Below are positions 17,794 through 30,742 of a stretch of DNA of 64,000 bases, piece after piece (position 1 is the stretch's first letter; each line of letters begins with the position of its first letter). This stretch comes from Blastocystis sp. Blastoise (lineage: Eukaryota > Protista > Bigyra: Opalinata), in assembly GCA_039096225.1 (NCBI GenBank), contig JBBPEB010000029.1:62001-126000 (forward strand). The letters run 5' to 3'. The notes beneath the pieces are model-generated. The model was given only the letters and a program-made list of their open reading frames with translations. It made no database searches and was not told the origin of the DNA. The translations under genes were made by a program, and so were the position numbers.

Positions 17794-18963
17794 AGAAAAA
17801 AAAAACATAATAAATACCCATCTTTCATCCATAAAGTATATTGTTTATTAAATTCTAAACATGCTTCATAATCAATACTCATTCCTTGTAAATTATCTTC
17901 ACCTACTTGTTCAAATATTATTATACCCGATACATCAGTATTTGTTCCTTCATAAATACGAACTTCTTCTTCACTTGATAATTCTTTATATACTCTTGTT
18001 ACAGTAAAAGATTTCTCAGGATACATACATATAGCTTCTACTATATATAGATTAATAAGAAAGATAAGAAAAAGAACAACAAAGAACAAAGAGAAATGGA
18101 AACATGAGTTTTAAAAGAAATTAATACATGTTGAAATAAATAGAAGAAAACATATTAGATATGGAATGAATGTCATCTTCTCTCAATAAAATAAAAGAAA
18201 TGACTATAGGAATTAAAAATAAAATTGATTCTTTTTCTTTTTTATTTGAAAACGTTCAATAATGGAAAAACAGTCATTTCTAACTGTCTTTTCTTCTTTA
18301 ACCATAAAATGAAGTCATTCTTGTTTTTTCTATTCTTTTCCTTTCTAAATATTCTTTTAACTAATAAATATATTTAATTATCATTTATTGAATCATTCTT
18401 GATATCAATAGGAATCATTTAATGTAATATAAACATATCATTATTAACAATTATTCTTTATTCGTGTTTTAATTTAATATTATGAACTCAATAAGAAACT
18501 ATAAAGTATTTATATACTATATTTGTGTTTATAAATGTTAATTATGAATAATTATTTCTGATTTACTCTAATCCAAGTGAAATTTGATGTTATTTATTTA
18601 TTTATAACTTTTTTATTATTCAATAAGTTTCTTATTTATCATTTCAAAATATAATATATCATTTTTCAAGATAAAAAATAAAATATTAAAAAACTCTTTA
18701 TAACTTTATCAAAAGAATACTTTTTCATTTATTTACATATATATATTTATTTTTTTCTTTCTATTTTATATATATAAATAAGTTTAACAAGAAAAAATAA
18801 CGAAACATCGATGAACATAAAAACAATTTACTTTTTATTCATATTCTTCCCCATACTTCATATTCATCTATATAAAACCAATTCGTATTCTCTTCCATAC
18901 CTGTATTCGTAAACAATCTATTCCCATATTCGGTGTCAATAAAAGTAAAAGAGAATCCACTAA
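11234..18963. repeat. Left arm of a near-identical inverted segmental duplication (partner 56243-64000)
   Basis: Reverse complement matches 56243-64000 in exons, introns and intergenic DNA. Identity ends at 18963, inside the TLDc gene. The outer end is not visible because the partner runs off the window. Confidence 0.97.
11455..18176 (-). CDS. Giant type I membrane surface protein (signal peptide; repeated jelly-roll/discoidin-like, putative Ig and Cys-rich modules; TM), copy 1, 10 exons
   Basis: Spliced start MTFIPYLICFLLFISTLEA|ICMYPEK. Repeated SLPLGLSINxxTGTIYGIP (putative Ig) and WRLEGSNNHGETWTLL/QLAELSFY (F5/8C-like). C-terminal Ile-rich TM followed by KKKKK. Last exon about 4.4 kb. 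Confidence 0.85.
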
Positions 18964-19794
18964 CCCACGATTCCATATCTTCATGACACATATTCATAAT
19001 ACATAAATCTTGGGAGCAATAAACATTTTCTTCGTTCGATCCTCCGCCAAATGTTGGACCATAGCCAGACCATCCACACATTCCATGTCCTTTACCATTA
19101 TGATAATATGCTGTTGGAGGAACCTCAAATTCATTACTTAATGTAAATAGAAACTCTTTTGAAGCTTCTCGATTCACTATGACAAAAATATTTCGGGTTA
19201 TTATAAATAGAAATATAATAAAAACTAGATATATATAATACCATCTGTATCTTCCCAGTTTTGATCTGTATAGCCTCCAAAAATATTAATATGATTATTA
19301 TGCCCAATATGCTTGATAATCGTTATTGTTTCTCCTTGATTATCACAATATTCGTGGAACTTTCGAGCACGATAATCATGATCACTTGCTCTAATAATAA
19401 ATAAATATTGATTGTATAAGATAAGTGAATACCTAAATAGCAATTTCCATTCTTTGGTCTTTCCAACCCATTCAGAAAGCTTAGAAATGTAATTTTCATT
19501 ACCACAGAGAATTGAACTATTAATTAAGTTAGTAATAGGTGTTAGGTCTGATGTTCCTTGACTTTCAAATATGTTTTGTTTAGAAAACATCTCAGATTCA
19601 GTGATTTCTTTTTCACCATCGAAATAACTTAATTCCATCGTTTCATCATTGAATTCAGTGCCATAATGTTTTGAATTATTAATTGTATTGTTACAATGAG
19701 CATCTGTTTCTGCTTTTTCACAGTTCATTGATTTACTGATAAGCTTTGTGTCAGAATTTGACAACTTACTATTGTCACTATTAATTTGTTCCAT
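18839..19794 (-). CDS. TLDc-domain protein, 3 exons
   Basis: WKLLFRASDHDYRARKFHEYCDNQGETITIIKH...NIFGGYTDQNW...FLFTL...YGPTFGGG...DEYEVW is a TLDc signature; low-complexity N-terminus. Confidence 0.9.
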
Positions 19795-20622
19795 AAGATA
19801 ATAAAAAAAATTGAATTTCAAGAAGAAAATTTACATTCTTTGTGCAAAGTTTGAAAATCATTATAAATTATATAAAAATCACTTTTGAAAATATTTTTGG
19901 TATCATTAAATTGTGGCTCATTAATTCCATGATATGCTATTAATTGATGACACATTCATTTGTAATTGCAATCAAATGAGTGTTATACATATTTATATGT
20001 ATAGAATATGGTGTGAAAAATACTTAATGAATTATTTTATTTCAATCATAACTAACACATTAACGCTTTGAATGCAATTCCAACCAATATTGTGCGTTCC
20101 TGTTGATTTAAACTGACATATAGCTTACGATAAGTATGAATAAATGAATATTATTTATGTTACATACAAAAAATTAGTGAGTCACAAAAAAAAATAGAAA
20201 TTTCTTTTTTTCATCATGTTATTTTGATGTTTTCTTTTACAAATATTCAATAGATCGTAGTAATTTGAATTTAGTTTTATATATATGAATAAATACAATC
20301 CACCATTATAATTGAACTCAAACACTGTAATGTATGTATCTAAGTACTTGCTAAGAAAACAAACACGTATGTTATAAATATGGTTATATATACAATGAAG
20401 ATAAATATAAAAGTGTTAAATAACATTCAAAACAGATATATAAATATTGTATTATGAAAAAAAAAACAAAATGAAAGAAATTATTATATATTTTCAAAAA
20501 GAGATGAAAAAATATATATGTTAAAAAATATAATGTATAACAGATGAACAAATAACAAAAAAAAAATTCATACTAAGAGATATACCAGTAGATTCTTCAT
20601 AAAGAAGAGATTATAAGAAAGC

Positions 20623-23600
20623 TTATTCTTGAGAAATATGATTATTTTCTTCTTTTTGGTTTATTTCATCATCACTATCTTCTTTAGATTCATTAGAGAT
20701 ACTTGACTCCTTTGTTTCCTCGATAGGAATAGATGTAATATCTAAAGTTGAGCACTTCTTTTCTAGAGAAGAAATCGTATCTTGACACTTCTGTTGTTCT
20801 TGTTGAATAAGTAGAGAATAATGTTCTTGAATTGATTTTAATTTATTATCATACTCTGTTTCAAGACTAATGCAATAATCTTTATGAGATACTAACATCG
20901 ACTCTAATTTCTCGATGTCTTGAGATTTGAGTTGTTCATAACGATTCGATTTCATTTCTTCTATGTGATTATAAATCATTTTATATTTCTCTTCATAATT
21001 TTGTAATAAATCATATAATTGATTATATTTCTCTTTATATTGTTCTTGTTGAGTTGATATTTGATTAAGATAGTCTTCTTTCATGGTTGAAATAAGAGTA
21101 TTATAATGTGAAGTTAGAGTTGTAATATTCATATTATAGGACTCGGTCATTTTCAGTATAATACTGGAATAATTGGCATATGTATGATTGAGTTTAGTAA
21201 TATATAATTCTTCAATTTCCTTCTTTTCTTTATTAGCCTTAGATTCTATACCCTCAATTTGATCTGTATAATCATTTATAGTTGTATTTAAGGCCATTTG
21301 ACACTTTTCAATATCTCGAGTAATTGTATCTATTTCTCTCTGCATTTGAACAATCATATTTCCATTCTCTAAATCTTTTACTTCTAAATCATGAATTTTC
21401 ATTTTATAATCTTGTGATTGAATCAAATATTGTTTAGAAAGTAATTCTTTAAATTGATTATTATCATTATTACATTCTTCTAATTGTTTAGTTAATTCAT
21501 TTATTTCTGTAGTTAATTCCATGATTGTAGAAGTTTGTGTATCATTTAATTGTATATACTGATTCTTTACCAAAGTAATATTATTATTCTCATTTACTAA
21601 TGAATCGATATATTGATTAAGTTCGTCTATATACTGTTCTTTATTAATAAGAGTACTATTAAGATTCACTATTTCTTGATCTTTCTCATCTATAATAGAC
21701 TGCTGAGTATTTGCATAATCTTGTTCTTTAACTAATAATTCTTTAAGATGTGCATTCTCAATATCATTATTGAATATAGTTTTAGTATTCTTTTGGTTCT
21801 TTTCTTGTTCTTCTGTTAACATTTGTTGTAATTCTTCATTTTTCATTTGAAGTTGTTCAATTTGATTTGACAATTCGAAATTCTTCTCTTGTTCCGTTTG
21901 TAATTGAGATTCTGTTAATCTTAATTTCTCTTGAAGATTTCTTTTTAATAATTGAATTCTTTCAATATAATTAGAAATTCCATTCAAAATAGTAGTAAGA
22001 GAAAAAGGAGAAGCAGTAAGAATAGTTGTATTATAAAGATTCATAATTTCTTCTTCTTCATTATCATTTTCAATGGATATAGAATGAAGAATAACTTCAG
22101 AAATAGAGTTTATAGAATTAAATACTATAGTTTCAAAAGAAGTAAAAGAGGAAACAAGCGATGAAATAGTATTTCCTGTCGAATTTGATAATTGTTCCAT
22201 AGTATCTATAGATTGAATAGATTCATCAATAGATGTATATAGAGATGAAGTATTATAAAGAGAAGAGAGAGAAGGAAGTTGATTGACAGAATAAAGAGTA
22301 GAAGAGATTTCTGATTCAGTTACTGTAGCTATATAGGAAAGAAAATGAAATATATAGAGAATGTTCATAATAACTAAATAAGTATATGCATTTATGTATT
22401 AAAGATGGAGTAGAATAATATATATATATATAGAATAATATACGACGTGGGATGGAGAATAAATAGAAAACGAATAAGAAGAAGAAGATGATGAATGGAG
22501 CAATAAATAACTATATATATATGAGTTAAAGATAATAATATAGATATATACATAACGATAGAATTGACGATAGAGATCTGTTGTCTGCTGAAAAGAGAGT
22601 TTCTATAGATATTTGGATTTATTATGATATGATTATTATGATTATTATAAGAATCATAATGATTATAATTATATTACTAATAGTATTATGATTATAAAAA
22701 AAATAATTATGATTATTATAATATTATTATTATTATTATATACAGAAAAAGAAGCAAATAGAGACCATTTTGATTGTTCAGATACTAGATTATACATACG
22801 AATATCTAAATAATATAAATGATAATAATATACATTTTTCAACAGGAGATGACGGAGGTATATACTATAGAAGAATAATACAATAAATTATTACTATTCT
22901 TTTATATATATACTTTAAATATAGGAGATTTTGGATCTTGAATATCTTTGATATTTTGAGGAATTCTATATAGAGATATATATTAATAATAATAATAATA
23001 ATAATAAATAATAATAAACATATAATAAACATAATAATAACATTATTATTCTTATTATATACTCTTGAATAAGATCTAGAATGGCTTTACAATCTTTATG
23101 TTCATTTTCTTTATATATATCATTTAATTGATTTAATAAAGTATATATAGTAATTGAACTTCCGGGATTTACAAAAATATTCTTTTGAATGAAGAATTGC
23201 ATTAAGATTAAAAATTCATTAAAATAAACATATTCTATAATATATAGGTTAAAAAAGAGAAATATATAGAAATAAAATATATACTTTCCATGACTAGTTG
23301 AGAATTCATATTGAATTGACTAGCTAATACACGATATGTGGTATGCTCAATAATATATATAGTAAACAATCGTTGAATCTCTAATAACTCCTATAATAAC
23401 GCAAATCAATATATGATATCATTACTATTATCATTTAAAGAAATAAACAATATACCTTAGGTTGTTTAGAATCTAGATTACGAATAACTTTTCCAATGAG
23501 CGAAGGATTCGTTAATATGCAAGACATTAATTTGGTTTCTTTGATAGAATAAATATAATTCATACAGATCACACGATTCTCCATAGTAAGATCCAAGTAT

Positions 23601-23867
23601 TTATTGATCATTAGAGACTATATGTAGGAATTAATAACTAAAAAAGAATAAATACGATGAATTCTTGATAATCCTTTTTTATAATTGAAGGATCTGTTGG
23701 AATCTCATCAACGCTTATTGAATTCAGTTGAGTTTGAAGGTATTCAGAACTCATGGTTTTTAAATCTGTACTTTTGAATATTTTAACAACATTATTGACC
23801 TAAGCACATTATTTTAAAATACATATATTTAAAATACAGCTGTAATTTGATTGATTTTCTTTGCCAT
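20623..23867 (-). CDS. Uncharacterised type II membrane protein with long C-terminal coiled coil
   Basis: Exons chain in frame from MAKKINQITA (ATG 23867) through GT-AG introns to a TM exon (22510-22444: LFIAPFIIFFFLFVFYLFSI) and a 1.7-kb heptad-rich last exon. Confidence 0.7.
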
Positions 23868-24495
23868 TGTTATTGACTAGAACTATTTGTGTCTAATAAT
23901 AAGGAATAAAACAGAATAGAAATCAAAATCACATACAGAAGAAAAGAACAAGGAAAAACTAACGATTTGATCAAAAGAACTGTTAAAACAGAAATTGAAT
24001 TTTTGAAAAGACCATTTCAATTCTATATTTTGTGAGTTTTCTTTAAATAATGATGAAATTGAAAGTAGATTTTTGTAGAGTATTTGACTCGGAGAAAGGT
24101 GATGAAAATTATGTAAAATATAATTATAAATATGTTATGGAGTGGTATGCATGCTCGTTAATCAATTGAACTTTGATAAAGAAATTGTATGTATAAATTC
24201 ACATTAGCATGCTGATGCTATACAAAATATGTAAACGTGTCGAAACTTAAAAATATAAACGAATGAAGCCTTTTTTCACTGTTTACAGTAAATAATATAT
24301 AGTTATGAATCATAATAATTCTGATTTGCTGATATATATAGAATAAAACATAAAAAACAATAATATCATTGCATCTAATCAAAATGAATGAAAGAAAACA
24401 TAATAATAACTTTTAAAAATAAACAATGACTAATAAAAATTGTGTTTTTATCTATTCATAGCTATTTAAATTTGTGGAATGCATAGTATTATCGT

Positions 24496-26648
24496 TTAAT
24501 GAGCTCCAGCCTAGAAAAAAAAGAAATAAAGAGTCATGAAATCTATAAAAGTCAATGAAAATATACTTGAATAAGACCATAGAGTGTTAAGAACATGAAT
24601 GCCTGACCAATCAAATTAGAGACTGTAGCAGCTCGAGGAGAGATATTTTCAAGACATGCGGGAATAAGTTCAATAATACATAATAAGATCATGATTCCCG
24701 CGACTACAGCGTTGAGAGCAGCCATAACATAGTGAGTGATATAATTCTGGAAGAACAAACCGAATATAACGGCTCCTAACGGCTCACATAATGAAGATAC
24801 AAAACACCATTTAAATGCTTCCCATTTACTATATATATATATAGTATGTATAATATATATAGTAGGTAGTATCATAAGTTAATATATAAAATAGTGTGTA
24901 TAAAGAAAAAAGGTTATCTATATTATAAATATAAAGTTTAGATATAGAATATAAAGAGTCAATCTACCTGTTAGTAGCATAATAAATAGGAAGAGCGACA
25001 GCCATTCCCTCGGGAATATTATGCATAGCAATAGCGAAGGCGACAGCGAGACCTCGGCCCATACATTGGCTTATATAGGGGATCCAGGCGGCAAGAGTGA
25101 GGGACGTGGGGGACTGTAACGAACATACACCTATATATAATATATATTATATATTATATATTATATTATATTTACTATATATATTGTATTTAATGTATAT
25201 ATATATACCAACAACAGTAGCATTATAGACAACAAGACCTTCAGGTAAATTATGTAAACTATATATATATATAGTATATTATTATAATAACTCTATATAT
25301 ATATATATACCTAATACCAATAACAGTAAATAAACCTGTAGTAATCATTCTCATATTTAATCTCTTTTCTATATATATATATATTTATTTATATATATGC
25401 ATTATGTGAATAGTGTTATTAGATATATACCTTTAGAATCTTCTTTCTTTGTACTATTATTTTTATCTTCATTTTCATGGGAATCTTCAGTAATAGTGGA
25501 ATCAGTTTCTTCTTTTGTTTCTGTCTTATCATCAATATTAATAAAATTAATAGCTTCGGGTTCAGGAATAAGTGCTGTTATTAATAAGAATAATATCATA
25601 CCTAAAAACATATAACAATTAGCTTCAAAGAATCCATTTTCTCCTAATTCGATCTGAGCGTGAATCATAAGATCCATATAGGATATGTATATATATTAAG
25701 AATTATATACATATATTATATATGTTAAATATAAATATATATATATAATAATAATATAAGGATATATAGAGCATAACTCCCGTGGAAAAAGACAATAAAT
25801 GCCCTAAAAGAGTTGATGATGGTCTACCGATATATAATACAATTACACCTCCAACAGTAGCAGCAAGAGCAGAAATAGTAGTACAGAAAATAGCTAAATA
25901 AGGATGAATATCTTCTTCTTTAAATTTATTATTATCAAGAACAGGAGCATTGAGATCTTCATGATTATGATTATGATTACATTTATGTAAATTCTTTAAT
26001 CCACTCTCATAATGACTATGCTCATGTTCATGTTCATGTAATTCATGTTCATGTAATTCATGTTCATGTAATTCATGTTCATGTAATTCATGTTCATGTA
26101 ATTCATGTTCATGTAATTCATGTTCATGTAATTCATGTTCATGTAATTCATGTTCAGAATCATGTTCATGTAATTCATGTTGTTCAGAATTATTTTCATT
26201 TTCAACTTTATCGTTAACAGAATAATCTACTTCATGTTCTTTATTAGAAATAGTAGATTTTTCAGGTATTATTTCAATAAAGCTATTATCAGAAGGAACT
26301 TCCATATGAATAGTATTTTTATTTTCATTTTTTTCTTCAAAAACAGGTCTTAAATCTCTTCCTTGATGGAGATCTTCATATTTCTAGAGAAATAATAAGT
26401 ATATAAATATTTTTTTTGATTTTAAGAAACAATAAAAGTGATACATGATCTGGATCTATGATACGAATATTGCCATCAACGTCAAAAACTACATCATCAT
26501 TGTCAACAACAACAGGTTTTGCAAAAGAAATAAGGAAATAAAAATAAAGAACGATAAGGCACGTATAATGAATAACTATACAAAAAAATAACTATGTTTT
26601 AATCTTAATAAACATACTTTTTTTCATATTAAACGGAATTTTTGACAT
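24496..26648 (-). CDS. ZIP family (ZupT/GufA-like) zinc/metal transporter with signal peptide and His-rich ectodomain
   Basis: Signal-like [22 protein letters not shown]; [19 protein letters not shown]; [11 protein letters not shown]; [16 protein letters not shown]; SSLCEPLGA; [15 protein letters not shown]. Start is ATG 26648 or 26627. Confidence 0.92.
25687..25765 (-). other. U12-type (minor spliceosome) AT-AC intron in the ZIP gene
   Basis: 5' ATATCCTTA, branch site TTCTTAAT, 3' ATAC. Removal restores GVMLY|ISYMDL in frame; no GT-AG alternative found. Confidence 0.85.
26020..26185 (-). repeat. 15-bp coding tandem repeat encoding (HELHE)n
   Basis: Unit CATGAATTACATGAA, about 8 tandem copies plus one upstream copy, in the ZIP N-terminal exon. 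Confidence 0.95.
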
Positions 26649-27047
26649 TTAAATAATCTCTAATGTTCTGTCCTATATAGTAAATTTAAATTATAGTCAC
26701 ATATAAAGAAATGCATACTATTTAAACAAAAATATATAAAATGTTTAGAATTCTGTTTCTTCTTGAAAATTCAACAGAGAAGTGAGATTCTCTCATGGAA
26801 ATTATTTTTTTAAGTTTGATTCCCAAGACATGCCGACCATTCATGAAAATGACTGTGAATCATCCATTTCTTGGCAATTTCTTACGGATATTTTAACGTG
26901 GTTTTTTGTTTTTTCAAATTTGTTTAGAAACTCTATTCGTCGTTAATCTGTATCTCAGTGTTGAAATTTGTATTAGAAATGCAAAAGAACGATGTTGTTG
27001 ACTCTGTGATTGATATTTTATCGGAAATGTTTGAGTCAACAGGCAAT

Positions 27048-28447
27048 ATGAACGACATTCTTTCCGTTCTAAACAGTCAATCCTTTGAAACTGCATATAA
27101 ATATATCAGAATAAGATAACTATTTATATATAGGTCGATATTGATACAATTCAGACTCCTTCATCTGATATTCTGTTGAAATTATCATCATTATTAGAAA
27201 AAATTTCGTTGGAGTATAATTTAGATCTAGAATATGAATCTATTTTTTTATAGATATCGTTCACAAACAATTTTCTATGAGAAATCCAGCCAACAAAGCA
27301 GTTTTGACTGCACATATCTTCAAGGATTATTATCTATTCTCTATGTCTCTTTGTTAAATAGAAGAAAAAAACAGTATCCTGCGTTGATAGCCTGTAACAT
27401 GTATATTTTTTTAGTATGAATAGTAGTATAATACATGAATAGTTATTTTATTCTAATTTTCTTCAATGGTTCAACTGCTCATACTATTATTCGAGGATCT
27501 ATTTTACGAGAAGTCTTTTTTACTGTAACTAGTTTAACTAGAGATCAAGGTATATATATATATTTTTAAATATATATAGGTAATTATTGAAATAATAAAT
27601 ATGGAAATTATGTTTGCTATTTTTATTTTATTATGTTTGTTATTTTATTTTATTATTTTTGTTATTTTATTTTATTATTTTTGTTATTTTATTATAGTTT
27701 ATATTTTTATAATTTTCATTTTATTATTATTTATAATTATTATCTTTTTATTAAACTCTATAGATTCTGATGTGGAAGAGAATATATCTATATCTATTCC
27801 TCTTTCTCCTTCTTCTCCTTCTTCTTCTTCTACTACTACTACTCCTGTAAGTATAAAGGAAACAAAAGAAGAAATAAAATCGCCAAAAAAGAGAAAATCA
27901 AAACAATTAAGTGTTGCTGCTACTAAAGATAATATAGTATATATATATATATATATTATTATTATTATAATTATATATTTAGATCTATTCTATGTTACAT
28001 CCATTACTGTTTAAAATCCCTCGATGCGTCAAAGAAATAGACCGAATGATTATACATATGTCCTGGAAGTATAACTTATAAACATTATTTATATATTATT
28101 CTTTATTATTCTTTATGTATATATTATCATATATATATTATATATTATATATATATATAGTATTCTATGTGAATTAGTAGCTGAAGTGTCGATGTCCTCC
28201 TTATATCAAGATGCTACTACAAAAGTATATTAGTATTATAGTATATAATAATAATACTATTTATTTATAGATTCTTTCGTCATTATATAATTATGCAAAA
28301 GTTGAAACAGAAGAGTTATGTGGAGAGTTATTTAAAGTACTTTTCCCCGTGATTATGTTCAAAAGATCCTTTAAAACTGTATAAATAAATATATATTTTT
28401 ATTATTTCCAGTATTCATAAGAATATCTATATATATTAATAATAATA

Positions 28448-28482
<35 letters not shown>

Positions 28483-29417
28483 CTTAGAGAATCCTCTTCG
28501 TATAGGTCATGACCTTATACTTAGTTCTATTCAAGATTTATTGTCTATATCTCCTCTATATATAACTTCTATATATGCACTTATTCAAAGAATGATATTA
28601 CAGTGTCCAGAGAAACAAGAAATAAGAAGTATTACAGGTATAAATATATTATGATATAGATAATTATATTATGTATAAATTTTTATATAATGATATAGAT
28701 ATTTAAATGATATAGATATTTATATTGATATATATAATTATATAATTATTAATATATAGTTGATTCAATTATTCCTCTTTCTCTTCTATTTCCAAATACT
28801 TTAAAAAATACATTTAATAAGTTTATTCTCAAAGCTAGTCGATCCCCCGCGGTTAATACACGATTATGTTCAGTCGAATTATGTGAAAAATTATTAGTTT
28901 CAAAATATATACTTACCTCACGTGACTTGGAGAATGTAACTGTTCTTTCGAATTCTCCTCAGAAATCAGTTGAAGACAAAGATATTCGTATTAGTCTAGA
29001 TTCCCGCGGGGATGATGAAGAAACTAATTCTCCTGAACGACCTGTTGGTGGTATATATATATATATATATATTTTTATTGTATTCTTATTTTATATAGTA
29101 GAAAAAGACTATTATATATATATATATATATAGGTACATTGTTCTTGGATGAGAGTGTTGATTGTTTCTTGAATATTATACTAAAGCGATGGACCGACAG
29201 TAGTCCCTCCATTCGTACAAAGGCGGGAATTGTATATATATATAATGTTATATATATACGCTATTCTATATATATTATGTTATATATATAATGCTATATA
29301 TATTTATATAAACTTTATATATATAGAGCTTATCACATGTATTACAATATGCTTATGATTCCAGTTTGGAAGGAGCTAATCAAATTGTTATTAATAAACT
29401 CAAACAGGATATTACAC

Positions 29418-29494
<77 letters not shown>

Positions 29495-30665
29495 CTATAA
29501 TATATCCTCTAAATATATAGATATATTGGAGATTATATATAATACATGTAAACAGATGATGACAGAGGATAAGTCATCGACTCGAAAGAGCGCGCTTTCT
29601 GTTTACCGCGCGTTAATTATATATGCATGTATGATATATATATATATATTATAATAATACTAATTATGATTGTTTCCTCTTTATATTATATAATAAGAAT
29701 TAATTATATTATGGTATATACATATATGTATTATAGCTTATCCTCAAGCTATTCTTCTTCAGAAAGATTTAGATATTTTCAGCCAAATGTGTGTTGACCC
29801 TGCAGGTATATTATATATATTATATATATATTATATATATTTTATATATTTTATATATTATATATATATTATATATATATTATATATATATTATATATAT
29901 TTTATATATTATATATTATATATATATTATATATAGTAAGTGTTCGTAAGACTGCTATTCAGACATTATTTGATATATATACTTCTTCTTCTCTTTCGAT
30001 TCTTTTCTCTTCGTTATGGTTTCCCGCCACGCTTTCCTGCGCAAATGATAATGAAACCAGCGTTCAGCTCTTAGCCTTAAATAGTCTGAAAACAAATTTA
30101 TTTGATAATATCGCTTTATGGAGTAAAACTATTTTACAAAGAATGAAAAATAACAATGTTATTAATACTAATAATAAAGAAGAAGAACATACGTCTATTT
30201 CATTGGATGAACCAAAATTAGATCAGCCAATAGATTCCTTCATAATATCCCCTATAGAATCTATTTCTGGATTTAAATGTTGGCGAATACTCGAAGAATA
30301 CCAAGTTAATTATGAATCTATGCTTCAAGTATATATATATATATATAACTTTTTTTTCTTGTTCTATATTTTATGAATTATTTATTTTTTTATGTTTATA
30401 TACATATTGAATTCTATATATGTATATGTATATATATATATAGAAATCTATACAATTAATATGTGAGAAGAATATATTAGCAGGCGGTCAAATGATAAAT
30501 ACTATTTATTCGGTAACCAATTGGACACGATTGTATTCCGACCGTTATATGTCGTTATTAGATAAGCATGTGACTCTCCCTGAGTGTTCAAAAGGAAACA
30601 TGATACACGTGCAGAGAATGGAACAGTATTCTTGGCTATTAGTATCCATGCTTTCAAAAATTGTA

Positions 30666-30742
<77 letters not shown>

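Noticed and set aside
26020-26185. CRISPR-like array
   Set aside because: Head-to-tail coding repeat with no spacers in a eukaryotic exon.
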